Origin: Ruditapes philippinarum
Lineage: Eukaryota
Length of the DNA stretch: 64,000 bases
NCBI RefSeq assembly: GCF_026571515.1
Contig: NW_026857252.1
Span: 62,001-126,000 of the forward strand
Direction of reading: 5' to 3'
Under the pieces are notes generated by a model. It saw only the letters and a program-made list of their open reading frames with translations, was not told the DNA's origin and ran no database searches. A program made the position numbers and the translations under genes. Position 1 is the first letter of the stretch, and the number at the start of each line of letters is the position of its first letter. Shown one piece after another: positions 1 through 12,185 of the stretch.

Positions 1-1212
1 TAACCTTTTCTCAATTTTTAATGATATAGAGTTACCTATTTCTCAAAAGTGTAAGCTGTTTGACTCGCTTGTCGGATCTATTTTAAATTTTGGTGCAGAA
101 ATTTGGGGAAACCATGACGCTACAGCTGTTGAAGCAATTCATACAAAATTTCTGCGTAGGGTCTTAGGGGTGAAAAAATCAACAAATTTATTAGCACTTT
201 ATGGGGAATTAGGACGTTACCCTTTATCTATATATCGCAAAATAACAATGATTAAATATTGGGTTAAAATAGTTAAACAAGAAGATGCGTCTCTAGTGAA
301 GAAAACTTATTTACTATTAAAAGCAGACGCTGATTCCAATATAACGTATAGAGGAAATAACTGGGCGTTTCAAATCAAAAAGTTCCTATCAGAACTTGGA
401 TTTCTATATGTTTGGCAAAATCAAAATCAAAATGAAAATGATATTCCCCTTTCTGCTATCAAACAAAGAATCTTAGATAACTATTTACAAAAATGGTATG
501 CAGATATTAATAATTCCAGTCGACTCCAGTCATATTGCATTTTTAAACATAATTTTGACCGTGAAAAATATCTTTCGGTGATTTCTGATTACAAGTTAAG
601 AAATACATTATCCAGATTTCGCATGTCCTCTCATAATCTATATATCGAAACCGGTAGATACTATAATATCCCAAGGGAACAAAGACTTTGTAAATCATGT
701 AATATGTCAATGGTCGAAAATGAATACCATTTTTTTGATGGTCTGTCCACATTTTAGAGATTTGAGAAATAAATATTTTAAACGCTATTACTGCCAGTGG
801 CCGACTTTGAATAAATTTAGGGCTCTCATGTCAACAAACTCTACAAAAGATTTATTGAATTTAGCTAAATTTGTTTACTTTGCAAATAAAAGAAGAATTG
901 TGTAAATTTTTTTTTCATTAGAATCACGTAAATATTGTTAATATTTCAATAGGGTTATATATATGTAATGATACATTTACATGTTTATTCGACATTACAT
1001 AATCATGATACTTTTTTCAGAATAATGTTTCATTAAACAATCTCTTCTGATAACTGTATAATTTATTATGTAAAAAAATGCATTTTGTTGTTTGCTTTTC
1101 TTTCTTCTATGTTTTTGTTCACACTGTACAATAGAATTTGTATAGGCTATAAACATTGTTAAAACATGTTTAATGCTGAATAAAATTTTCGTATTCGTAT
1201 TCGTATTCGTAT
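1..1212 (+). mobile_element. 3' end of a non-LTR retrotransposon (CR1/L2-type LINE): ORF2 C-terminus, 3' UTR, AATAAA and (TTCGTA)n tail
   Basis: Frame from base 2 reads NLFSIFND...KCKLFD...LYGELGRYPL...SHNLYIETGRY...RLCKSC...ENEYHF, then after a frameshift LMVCPHF. This is the typical LINE ORF2 C-terminus with a CCHC-like motif. AATAAA at 1179-1184; microsatellite tail at 1188-1212. Confidence 0.9.
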
Positions 1213-1484
1213 AGATGTAAGGGATAGGACATGTTTTCTTTTGATAATCTTGTCGTACAGACATCCCGCAATGACAATTAAGTAACAGATTGCCAAATTA
1301 TCTCCTGATAATGGGTGTAATAATTGAAATTCCAGAACAATTAGGACTAAAAGGTAAACATAGTAGTAAGATGGGGTAAAAATGATGTTGAAAACTCTTC
1401 AGGAGACCCAAAGTTGTGGTATGTTCGAATCCCAAACTTTTCCGAAAATGATTATGTCACGGTATTGAACTGTTCTCTTATCAG

Positions 1485-1580
1485 GGGAGGTAGTTTGTAG
1501 GCGGCGGATACTCTACTGTCAGTAGAGCCGCAGTACGATATTCCGAGGGCCTAAGGTTTGAGTCTCGGTCAGGCTGCACC
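1485..1580 (+). mobile_element. Degenerate tRNA-related SINE head
   Basis: CAGTAGAGC (A-box-like) and GGTTTGAGTCTCGGTCAGGCTGCAC (B-box-like) at tRNA-like spacing; degraded. Confidence 0.3.
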
Positions 1581-2079
1581 ACGGAGTTGAATAGACATAT
1601 ATAGTGTATGTATATCTGTGGCTGCACATTATAAAAATGGAGGTGTTTCAACCATTACTCATGGAGAGAAAAAATAATTTTGTGAGTAATGTATGTAAGG
1701 GTTCAATTGGGACGGAACTTTTTTTAGGGAAATCTCAGATGATTCCTACAAATTAATGCAGAATTACGTTCTGAATGCAAGTGTTGTACTGCTTTGAAAA
1801 TTGTACATCTTATCTCTAATTAGTGTTGTACAACTAAATCCAACCGTCTGTTGAGGCCTTAACAACCGTTCGCCAGAGGCTTTTTCATACATACTTCTTT
1901 AGAAAGAGCAAACATGATTTTTATAATGTTAAAATAAGATCTTAAGATCACGTGACATGGGGTGTAGACACGAAATTTCGAGCAGTAAAATTTTGGAATA
2001 AAACTTGATTTAAAGCATAGTTAAATTTAAAAATAAGTGACAGGAATATTATTTGAGTGACATATAGGATTAATACTTG

Positions 2080-3191
2080 ATGCCTCCGAAGATAAATAGT
2101 GATAAAGCGAACTCAGAGTCGAAGAAAAAGCGAGGAAAAAGGAAAGTTATTTCACCGATAAACTTAGATAACACAGACTTTACACACATAACGGGGGAAA
2201 CCGGTTTGACCAGTGGTCAGGAAACGGACAGTACACAAAGTGTGAGTAAACAAAACAAACGACTTAATACTTCTTCGCCGGACTATTTCAAATTTGGCGC
2301 AAAGACTTATGAAATGGATAACAATATACCATCCAGTATGGCATACACCCCTCCCATTCCGAACCCTTTAAACATGACATTCATGCCACCACAGTCATAC
2401 ATGCCTTTCAATGCTGCCGGTATACAGAGTATCAGCCCGCCACCTTGGGCTGCTGATTTGATAAACGATATGAAACAAATTAAAAAGTCAATGTCTAAAA
2501 TTGATAGTATTGAAAAAGCTGTAAATAGGGTATGTTTGAAAGTTGATACATTAGAAACTAAAGTCAAAGACATTGACATACGAGTTGAACAAACTGAAGC
2601 ATCATGTACATTCATAAATCAGGAAACTGAGGAAAGTAAGAAGAAGTTAGAGTCGGCAAAGCAAGAAATTAAAAGGCTAGGTGAAAAATGTAAAAATTTC
2701 CAGGAAATGGTGAACAATCTTGAAGCCAAAAACCAACAACTCGAATCAAAAGTTAATGATGTGGAATTTCATGGATTAAGAGAAAATCTTATGTTTTATG
2801 GATTAAAAGAAGAAGTTGACGAGGACTGTGAGCTAACGATTAAAAGGTTCATTAAAGACAATCTGAATATAACGGATGATATACAAATTGATTTCGTAAA
2901 TAGAATTGGTTCAAAAGAAGGAAAGGGAGTCCCAGGCCTATTTTGGTAAAATTTAATCGGCTAAAGGATAGGGAATTGATCCGAAAAACATCTTTTGAAC
3001 GAAAAGAGCATTTAAAATCTTTGAAAACTGGTGTAGGAGTACAACTCACTAAATCAACTCTAGAAAAAAGGCAAGCGTTAAATCATATTATGCGGAGAGA
3101 AAAAGCAGCCGGAAATAAGATTAAGTGGATTGGTGATAGACTTTTTGTTCAACATAAAGACAGTGAGGAATTTAAACAAATTACAAACTAG
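2080..3191 (+). pseudogene. LINE ORF1 (coiled coil plus RRM-like domain), one frameshift near 2925-2943
   Basis: Heptad-rich coiled coil, then RENLMFYGLKE...IDFVNRIG and, in the next frame, PRPILVKFNRLKDRELI; stop TAG at 3189-3191. Confidence 0.85.
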
Positions 3192-5790
3192 GGATGTCGA
3201 GAGGAGCTAAAGTGTATCTCATGGAATGTTAATGGCTTATTGAGAAAGATAACTGATGACGAATTTATTAAATACATAAATTCGTTTGACCTAATTTTGT
3301 TAAGCGAAACATGGATTAGTAAAACACATACATACAATATAGATATCGAAGGATATAGCAGTGTTCATATTTTTGGTAATAAAAGCATAGGAACTAAGAA
3401 AGGTCGATATAGTGGAGGACTCTCAATATATTTTCGTAATAAGTTAAAAAGTAAAATATCTGTTATTGAAAAGAACAATGATGGACTTATATGGCTTAAA
3501 ATTTCTCATGATGTTTTTGATTTCAATGAAGATATATTTTCATGTAATTTGTACATACCGCCGAAAGGTTCAAATGTATTACATCATAAAGAAGTAGATT
3601 TTTTTTGAAGAAATTGGAAAAGGTATTAATAATAGAAAAATATAGTAAAAAAGGAAAAGTCTATGTAATAGGAGACTTCGATTCAAGAACGTCTGATTTA
3701 AATGATATTTTAGAGTATGATAGATACCTTGATATTGATAATGATGATGATTTAATGGTTGAAATTAATAATATACCAATACGTATAAATCAAGATAATT
3801 GTATTGATAATAATGGAAAAAAAAATAATTTCTATGTGTAAAAGTACAGGATATATCATACTTAATGGTCGAATACATGGAGATCAAGGTAAAGGTGACT
3901 TTACCTTCTGCTCAGCACGTGGACTTAGTGTAACTGATTATCTTTTATCACATTTTTTGAATTATAGTTTTATTTCTGATTTTGATATTCTAGAATGGAA
4001 TGAATTTTCGGATCATGCACCTTTATATTTTACCTTTAATAGAAAATGTCGTCTATTTAATGATCAGACATATAGCAGGGTTAAAGAAAATGTTACTGAA
4101 AACAAAATAATTTGGGATAATGACAAAGTAAAAGATTTTTTAGAACTTCTACTTGCAAATAAAACTGATATAGATTCCTGCGTTGGGGATAACTATACTG
4201 TTGAAATACAGACCGAGACACTTTCAAACTATTTGTATTCAAATGCTATGAAAATATTCGGAAAGGATGTCCCTGTTTCGGATATACAAATTCGGACACA
4301 TAAAAAGTCGAAATGGTTTGATAAATCATGCTTCTTGGCTAAAAAAGAATTTAAAATAGCTAGGAATTTATTTCTGAGAAATAAAACTGATGAAAATAGA
4401 ATAAAATTCACCAAAAGTAGAACTAAATACAATCTAATAAAGAAAAAAGCAAAAACAAATTTTAAAATTAATGAAGCGAAACGTTTAGAAGAAATTGCAA
4501 AAACACAACCGCGTACATTCTGGAAGTCAATAAAAAAAATGCTATAAAAGTAAAAACAGATGTGAAGAAAAAATAGAAATAGATGAACTTTACGATCACT
4601 TTAATAATCTGTTTGGGGAAATACCTGAAACTAATGATCAAGAATCAGAATTTAGACAAGAAACCAATATTTATGAAAATTTAGATAAAGATATTACCGA
4701 GAATGAAATTCGGAACGCAGTATATGGACAAAAAAGTTTTAAGGCATGTGGTCCCGATTGTATATCCGCAGAAATTATTAAGTCGTCGTATGATATCATT
4801 TCTCCATGCTTACTTAATATATTTAATAGATTATTCTTAAATTCTGATTACCCTGAAGCTTGGGGAGATGGATATATTATACCAATATTTAAAGGCGGAG
4901 ACGAAACTGACGCAAAAAACTATCGTGGTGTAACTTTAAATAATATAATAGCCAAAATATATTCTCAGGTACTTTTAAATAGGTTAACTAAATGGACTAT
5001 ACAATATGAGAAAATTGCTAATAATCAATTCGGATTTCAAAAAGGGAAAAGTACAGTCGATTGTGTTTTCATTTTGCATTCTGTTATTTCAAAATTATTA
5101 AATTCTGGTAAAAAAGTATATAGTGTATTCATTGATTATGAAAAATGTTTTGATAAGATAAATAGATCATTTCTCTGGCAAAAGTTATTAAGTGAAAACG
5201 TTAGCTCTAGAATGGTAAACGCAATAAAATCTATGTATAGAACTGTTCGATTACGTATTAGGTTTAATAATAGACTCTCTGAGCCAATTCTCTCACACTT
5301 GGGCGTGAAACAGGGAGACCCGAGTTCTTCTTTGATGTTTATGATGTTCGTAAATGATATTGTTGACAATATAAATACTAATCTAGATGGGTTATTCACA
5401 TATGAAGATTTAATTTTATTTTTAATTTTATACGCAGATGATCAGGTGTTATTTGCAACATCACCAGAATCCTTACAATCAATGATAAATGATATTGAAA
5501 TATATTGTAATACATGGGGTCTAAAAATAAATACTTCAAAGACTAAGGTTATGATTTTTGAAAAAGGCAGTAGACATACAAATTATGATTTTTACCTTTA
5601 TAATACTCTACTAGAAATTGTTACTTCTTTTAAATATTTAGGCGTATATTTTTTCAAAAATGCAAATTGGAATAGAACCCAAAAATGTATTGCAGAACAT
5701 GCATCTAAATCTTTACAAAGAAAGACAATTGTTAAACTTATCAAAATATATATTTTTTTCAAATAAATTAAGGAATAGTTTAGAAATTTG
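3192..5790 (+). pseudogene. LINE ORF2 (apurinic endonuclease plus reverse transcriptase), frameshifted and internally deleted
   Basis: APE motifs SWNVNGL, LSETW, LYIPP, GDFDSR and SDHAP; RT motifs QFGFQKGKSTVD, FIDYEKCFD, GVKQGDPSS, LYADD and FKYLG. After HASKSL (5715) the sequence jumps to the extreme ORF2 C-terminus. Confidence 0.92.
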
Positions 5791-6023
5791 ATAATTATTA
5801 TATTGGTATCGATTTAAATTTACCTATGTCAAACTAGTTTATTTATTGTGTAAGCTTCTCTATGCAGAAAATATTTGATTGCTAATGATTTCTCGTGTCA
5901 TTTGTCACCTTATGTCAAATGTATATTATGGCTAAAAGCATTGTAATGCTTAATTGCTAAATAAATGTTGTTGTTGTTGTTGTTGTTGTTGTTAAAATAA
6001 TGTTATCAGAGAAATGTAAGATG

Positions 6024-6639
6024 ATCCGCTCTTAATGTGCGACTACTTAAATAGTTTATGATGTTTTTAGTACTGTCTGTACGGACTTCTACTTAAAGCC
6101 GCATCTACACCTAGTCAAGTTTCTTACATAAATAAATGGTTCTTTAAACATATTATCACGCACATCTTTTACTGAAATGTCTTACTAAGATTTCCTAGAA
6201 TTTATACCTTTGTCTATGCTAAATCTATCATATTTCTATAAAATGTTTAAAAAAATGCAATTAGCTAAAAACAACGGAGTTAATGAAAGGTGTACATTCT
6301 TTTAAAATAAATGGAAAATTTGAGAAAAATATATTTTGAGCTTAATTATTGATACAAATTCTTCATTTGCTGAAAGTTCTTCACATACTGATCAAGACCA
6401 TTTAAATCGATATTGATTCTACTATAATTCAGAGCACATGTTTTGCGTCTATTTAATACCTTAAATGTTGTTAACCATTGGATTTGACTACAATATATAA
6501 TTTAAAACATAATGAAAATTAATTTTTATGACCCCAAAGTGCGGTCGTTTGTCTGATGTTAAAAAAGGCACAAGTACCTGTTTAACGCACTTTGGGGTCG
6601 GACCCCAATGTGCGTTTGACCCCAAAGTGCGGTGTTATG
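6024..6639 (-). mobile_element. Partial inverted copy of the left end of the 42199-45034 DNA transposon family
   Basis: Reverse complement matches 42199-42908, for example AGCCGCATCTACACCTAGTCAAGTTTC and the repeated CCCCAAAGTGCG motifs ending in GGTGTTA. Confidence 0.8.
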
Positions 6640-9556
6640 CTGGTCTCTAATTTCAACCTTGGTGTAGGTTATTTTCACGATTTCGAGAACAAACATGACG
6701 TTGTCAATATAACCGACAGGTGAACTGGCAAGCAATCTTGCCCATTAAAATTGACTCTATTATTTTATTAATCACGTAAATTACTTCAAAGATTTTTTTG
6801 TTAACAAAAAATTAACCATTTCTTTAACTTCCACTGGTAACGGTATTTCGATACGTCTTGTGACGATTATGTAAAAACCGGTTTGATTGCACGGCTCAAA
6901 ATAGCTTTCGCGTGAAATCCGACGAAACATATACGGTCATCATCAGATCTACATGAAAACATAAGTAGATCTGAACTTTAGTCAGATGGAGACGCAACTG
7001 GATTGAAAATAAATGTTACCTAAATAATTGTTCTAATTAAAACGGTTAACGTTTGAAAATACTTTTTTGTAGTTTCATTAGGTAACGTTTTCATTAGGAT
7101 TTTTATGATCTGTTTTCTATCTGGTAATCTTGACATAAATGATTATGTCTATTTCTAACACGATCGCACGATCGTTTTTTTATTCTACAAAACTATTTAT
7201 AATTTTGTTTCAGTGTGAATTATGAAAGCAGCAAATTAAAATGATTTTTTTTCCGCGCTGATTTTAAAAGTGGTTGTATATTAAGTCAAACGACACAGTA
7301 AAGGTCAAACGGCGGCTTAATTGGTGACGAAATACCACAGACACCTGTACATAATGTACTTCAGGGCTCACCGCCTACAAGCGCTCAAAAGTGATTCAAG
7401 TGAACTGATCAAACGTCCCTGATAAATAGATAAGAAATTTAAAGACCTACGCTTTGATTTATGTCAAAAATTTGATTTCTTCGTCTTTTTTTTCGTCTTC
7501 TGCTCCTCCTTCTTCTTTTACATTATTTACTTTTATTTTAATTATTACTTTGCAAACTATGCTTTGATTTTTAATGTAAATTACTGACATTATTCAAAAT
7601 GTGACTTTTGAAAATCGTTTCAACTTAAATCAGCGAATAATGTTAAATACCGCTTTTTAATATCAAATCATCTACCTTTAATTAAAACATTATCAAATAC
7701 AATATACATGTTTTTTTTTAAAAAGTCACAGGAATATTTGCAAATCACTTTGGAAACAATTAATTTATAACAATCTATTCCACAAAGTTTTCAACCTTCA
7801 GCGTAATAACATAGTGTGATTTAAGAAGATTAACATGTGATTGATAAAAAACCAGCAAACTCCTTGATAATGTAGGGTTTTGAGGGGTTTTAACCGGAGG
7901 TTGAAAACTTTGTGGAATAGATAGTTTCGAATCATTGCAGTTTTTAAAATCAGATTTGGGTGCACCTTCTGCGTATTTTAGATTTGACATATTTATAAAA
8001 AAAAAAACGTTTTACATGTTACATAACCGAGAAAAATGCAAGACATGTAATTATTTAATTTTACCCATGAAATATGGTGCTATATCAGTCAATTATATTT
8101 CATATTTTTTTTAATTTTCTAAAAAAGAAAGTGGGCGAAGTCAAAACTAATATTTATTTTAAGGGACTTCTTCCGCCATTTTGTTTGAAAAATCTGATAA
8201 ATACAAAACAACTTTTGTTGAATTTTGCTTTGAAAACTATCTAGAATGATAGAAAATGGTCTAAATAAGAAAATAAATCCGAACACCAATATCTTTAATT
8301 CAGTTATTAACTCTGTACAGACGTTTAAACAGTTGTTTACGTGACGTCACAAGGTAGCGCAAAACAAGACGCAATAATATATTACTGCGCGCTGTTAAAT
8401 TTCAGTTGCGTAGCCAAACTCCTCACAGTGATTACCTCCCTTGGCAGAATTGTAATCACTGCCTTCACAGACGTCACATGATGATGGAAGTCACATGACG
8501 TAACGTCGAAATTCAAATGTAAATATCGATTGTTGCATAGAAATCTAACGTCATTTTTCTCTTTCTGTTTTATTTTTAACTTTTTGTACCAACGTCTGTT
8601 ATATTTTATCAAAAAATCATCAAAAATATACAAAATAATGAAAAATAAATTAAAAAGCTAAAAAATATAAATATCCAAATATTGATATTTCAATGTTTGT
8701 GATGGCAGAGATCTCTGTACTGATAAGGGGAGATCACTGCGTAGGAGATTGTTGCGTAGCAAGCAATAGGGTTCGTAACCATTTTTCTTTGATAATGAAA
8801 TTAAATACAAAGGTTACTTTTTCGTTTTTCATGAAATATATATTTTCACTCAACATCCCGGCTCGTGAAAATATGTGGCTTTTTATCATGTTTCGTGAAA
8901 ATATATTCCATAATTCACTCAAACGAAAAAATATCCTCTTATTATTTACATAGCGATGTTTAACCTTACCATTATGGGATACGTTCGAATCTTCCGCTAT
9001 TGTGTTGCACAATCGATTTTGCAACACCTAGCATCGTAATCGTAAAATCAATTATAAAATTAAATTATAAAACTGTTTAGATTATCTAAACAAAAGATAA
9101 ACCCAAGATATTTCATTGAGAGAAAGTATTGTTATTTTGTCACGTACACATAATATTTACAAATTCACTATCACTCGCTTTATATTTCATTAGGTTGTCT
9201 ATTTTTTTAAAATAGATAATTGAATTATTTACGTTTATTTTTATCACAAGGAAACAATCGATTATATATCAAATTTCTTGTTTTGATATTCAAGCAAAAA
9301 TAGTGATGAAAATAAAAATAATTATGATTCATAATTACAATTCAAGCCATCAATAAATAAGGCAATACAATTAAGAAATGGTTATGCAATCTGTTAGTTG
9401 TCAGTTAAGATAGATATCTGCATTCCGAATACTGGCACTGTCATTTTAGTCAGTTGTAGTGTATTTCTATGCACATTTAATTTAAGTAACAAAGGTTTAT
9501 TTTTCATTCCCACTTTCCCTTTTTTCCAAATATAACTGTGTTTATTCTTTCACCAA

Positions 9557-9883
9557 TTACACAGTTATCTCCCCGTAGTCCCATTCATCATGAATACTAC
9601 ACTGAGCGGTGGCGTTAAGAATCGTCGGGAAAATTTCGCATATGGATATATCTTCATCAAACGCAAAAGCCTGGCAATTACTTGTTTCCATGCATACTAT
9701 TCCACACATACTTTTTGCACGAATTCTCGTGTACATCCAAATCGGTTGTTGTGCCATCACATCCTCCCAGCATATCTTTGAAAACACGATTTCTTGTACA
9801 GGAATAGAGACGGAATTTATCCCATGTAATGTTTTTATTGAAGCCATGATGGCGAAAAGACAAACGACGTGGAAGTGCTGCAT
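9557..9883 (-). CDS. Small secreted PAN/apple-domain protein (108 aa, intronless CDS)
   Basis: ATG at 9881-9883; hydrophobic N-terminus; six mature-region Cys with the PAN core CGIVC-x5-CQAFAF-x6-C; AATAAA on the minus strand at 9541-9546; paralogous pseudogene at 62985-63287. Confidence 0.75.
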   Translation of the reverse strand: MQHFHVVCLFAIMASIKTLHGINSVSIPVQEIVFSKICWEDVMAQQPIWMYTRIRAKSMCGIVCMETSNCQAFAFDEDISICEIFPTILNATAQCSIHDEWDYGEITV

Positions 9884-10779
9884 AATATTATTGCATGTGC
9901 GACAATTTTTCGTTCTTACAAGGTCCTGCTCTAGTTATAAACTAAGTGCAATACAACCACTGCTACCCGCAATATACTAGAACATTAAGTAAGACATTTT
10001 ATTACTCCGCCGGTTGTTATTTGTATACTTTGGATAGGTGTAATATTTGCAAAGTATTGAGCGATTATTTGATGAAATATTTAAAAACCAAACATAACAT
10101 ATTTACGTTTCCTCTACCCATTGTACTTTGACTTAGATCTCTTAATTTAATGAAAACCTTTAAAACTGCATGCCTCCAGACTAGTGAAAATATTTCTTAG
10201 ATTTGAAACAATAAAAAGATTTAAGATTCAGGTAACAATGTACATGTACGATTAATAACTTTTCATGAACATTAACATGTATATGACGGCATGCTGCTTC
10301 AAAAGAATTCCTTTGAATATTATGGTTAAAACATGAACACACTTGTGCAATATTTTCCTTATTGTATATTATTTTGTGATTTAATCATGTGTAACAGCAC
10401 ATTAAAATACGTGTCACTCAATAATCATTTACAACCAAACGCTCGTTTATTGTATCATATGAGCGGCCAATATCTTCCCATATTGGACAATGAAGTATCC
10501 AATTTGATTTTGCAATTTTGTAAAGTTGAGTGGAGTGCACATTTTCCGTGTCACGTCACTCGGTGAAATAAAATTTCATCTTACACAAAAACAAATAAAC
10601 AAGTAACCTCTATTCATTTTTTGGCCTTACTTTGCATTTCCTCAATATATATTGGATTCATAACAAACAGATATTTAACATTTTTTGAACAATTCGGACT
10701 ATATTTAGATTTGTATTAGCTGTGTACACGTGCAAAATACTCCAATATTGTACAATTTAACGTCAAATAACATAATTAT

Positions 10780-11014
10780 GAGCCGTGTCACGACAAAACC
10801 AACATAATGCATTTGCGACCAGCATGGATCCAGACCAGCCTGCGCATCCGCGCAGTCTGATCAGGATCCATGCTGTTCGCTTACAAACCCTATTACAAGT
10901 AGAGAAACTGATAGCGAACAGCATGGATCCTGATCAGTCTGCGTGGATGCGCAGGCTGGTCTGGATCCATGCTGGTCGCAAACGCATTATGTTGGTTTTG
11001 TCGTGACACGGCTC
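10780..11014. mobile_element. ~235-bp palindromic MITE, copy 1 (possibly Sola-like)
   Basis: GAGCC...GGCTC termini, ~100-bp inverted arms, A/T-rich 4-bp flanks; 8 copies in this window. Confidence 0.9.
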
Positions 11015-11461
11015 ATATAAATCAGCCATTTTGGTCTTAAGGATGGTAATATCACAAAGTATTTCATTTCTTAGAAATAAATTTAATAAACAACATACAA
11101 TTAAGTTAATCAGAAGCATTTTAATATACAATGCAAATTATAACATGTATGACAAAACAGATAATTTATGGCAAGATTATCAAAGATTATGTCCACGATG
11201 CTGGACTTGTAAATTGTGCAAATAGTATGTATCGCTACAAACATATCTCGGATATGAAATCCAAGGGTTGCTGGAGAGGTGAAATTTCAACGTGATAATT
11301 GACTTCGGACAATGAGTCTAATGGTAATTTGTCTCTGACCACTAGTTAAGAAATCGTGTGGTATAAGCATTTGGTCACTTGCAAAGAGATTTGTTATTAT
11401 TTCTTTGTTATCTGGAAAAGCCGGTAAGGTGGATTGACCGCCAAGATATGATGAAAATATT

Positions 11462-11696
11462 GAGCCGTGTAATGACAAAACCAACATAGTGCGTTTGCGA
11501 CCAGCATGGATCCAGACCAGCCTGCTCATCCGTGCAATCTGATCAGGATCCATGCTGTTCGCTATCAGTTTCTCTACTTGAAATAGGGTTTGTAAGCGAA
11601 CAGCATGGATCCTGATCAGACTGCGCGGATGCGCAGTCTGGTCTGGATCCATGCTGGTCGCAAACCCATTATGTTGGTTTTGTCGTGACGCGGCTC
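11462..11696. mobile_element. Palindromic MITE, copy 2 (inverted relative to copy 1)
   Basis: Same family; central spacer is reversed. Confidence 0.9.
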
Positions 11697-11985
11697 AAAT
11701 ATTGAAATCGTCGTAAAAACCAAACAAGTAAACAACAGACATATCTAACATTGTTAAAATGTGAATTGTATAAATTGTTTCATAGGTATAATTGTTCTTG
11801 CTAACACTTATAGTGACGTAAAAACTTATACAAAATATAAAAGATACTTTCCTGTATTAAACAAAAGAAAAGCAACATAACAAGAAAATATCACAGCATT
11901 GTGCGCACCAAGTTATCAACTATAACAATTTCCATGGTAAACATGAAAGTAAATTGATTATTTTTAGATATAAAGAATACGTTTT

Positions 11986-12034
11986 CATGACACGCGATAA
12001 CATGACACGTGATAACATGACACGTGATAACATG
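11986..12034. repeat. 15-bp tandem repeat (CATGACACGTGATAA) x3 in the FRRS1-like 3' UTR
   Basis: Three units seen directly. Confidence 0.85.
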
Positions 12035-12065
12035 TCATTTTATAACATCAAGTTATCTTATAACA

Positions 12066-12185
12066 TCACTTCTTAAGATGAAAATGAGTGGGATCGCAAA
12101 TCATTAGAATTAAAAGAGTCGCAGCTACAACCATGCAAACACCATGTAGAAATAGAACTATAGTGGAGAACATACTGACACCCTC
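12066..12185 (-). CDS. FRRS1: FRRS1-like last coding exon (final TM helix and stop)
   Basis: CAG acceptor, phase 0; EGVSMFSTIVLFLHGVCMVVAATLLILMICDPTHFHLKK*. Confidence 0.75.
   Translation of the reverse strand, partial: EGVSMFSTIVLFLHGVCMVVAATLLILMICDPTHFHLKK

Larger units (their letters stand above)
2080..5993 (+). mobile_element. Near-full-length but defective LINE (CR1/L2-type): ORF1, ORF2 with internal deletion, (TTG)n tail
   Basis: ORF1 followed by APE endonuclease and RT motifs; several frameshifts in homopolymer runs; AATAAA near 5960; (TTG)n at 5967-5993. The true 5' end is not defined. Confidence 0.93.

Noticed and set aside
10785-11652. Recurrent ORFs of type MDPDQ...SLIRIHAVR (also at 38762, 51743, 57199, 63586)
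   Set aside because: Translations of the palindromic MITE, not a protein family.
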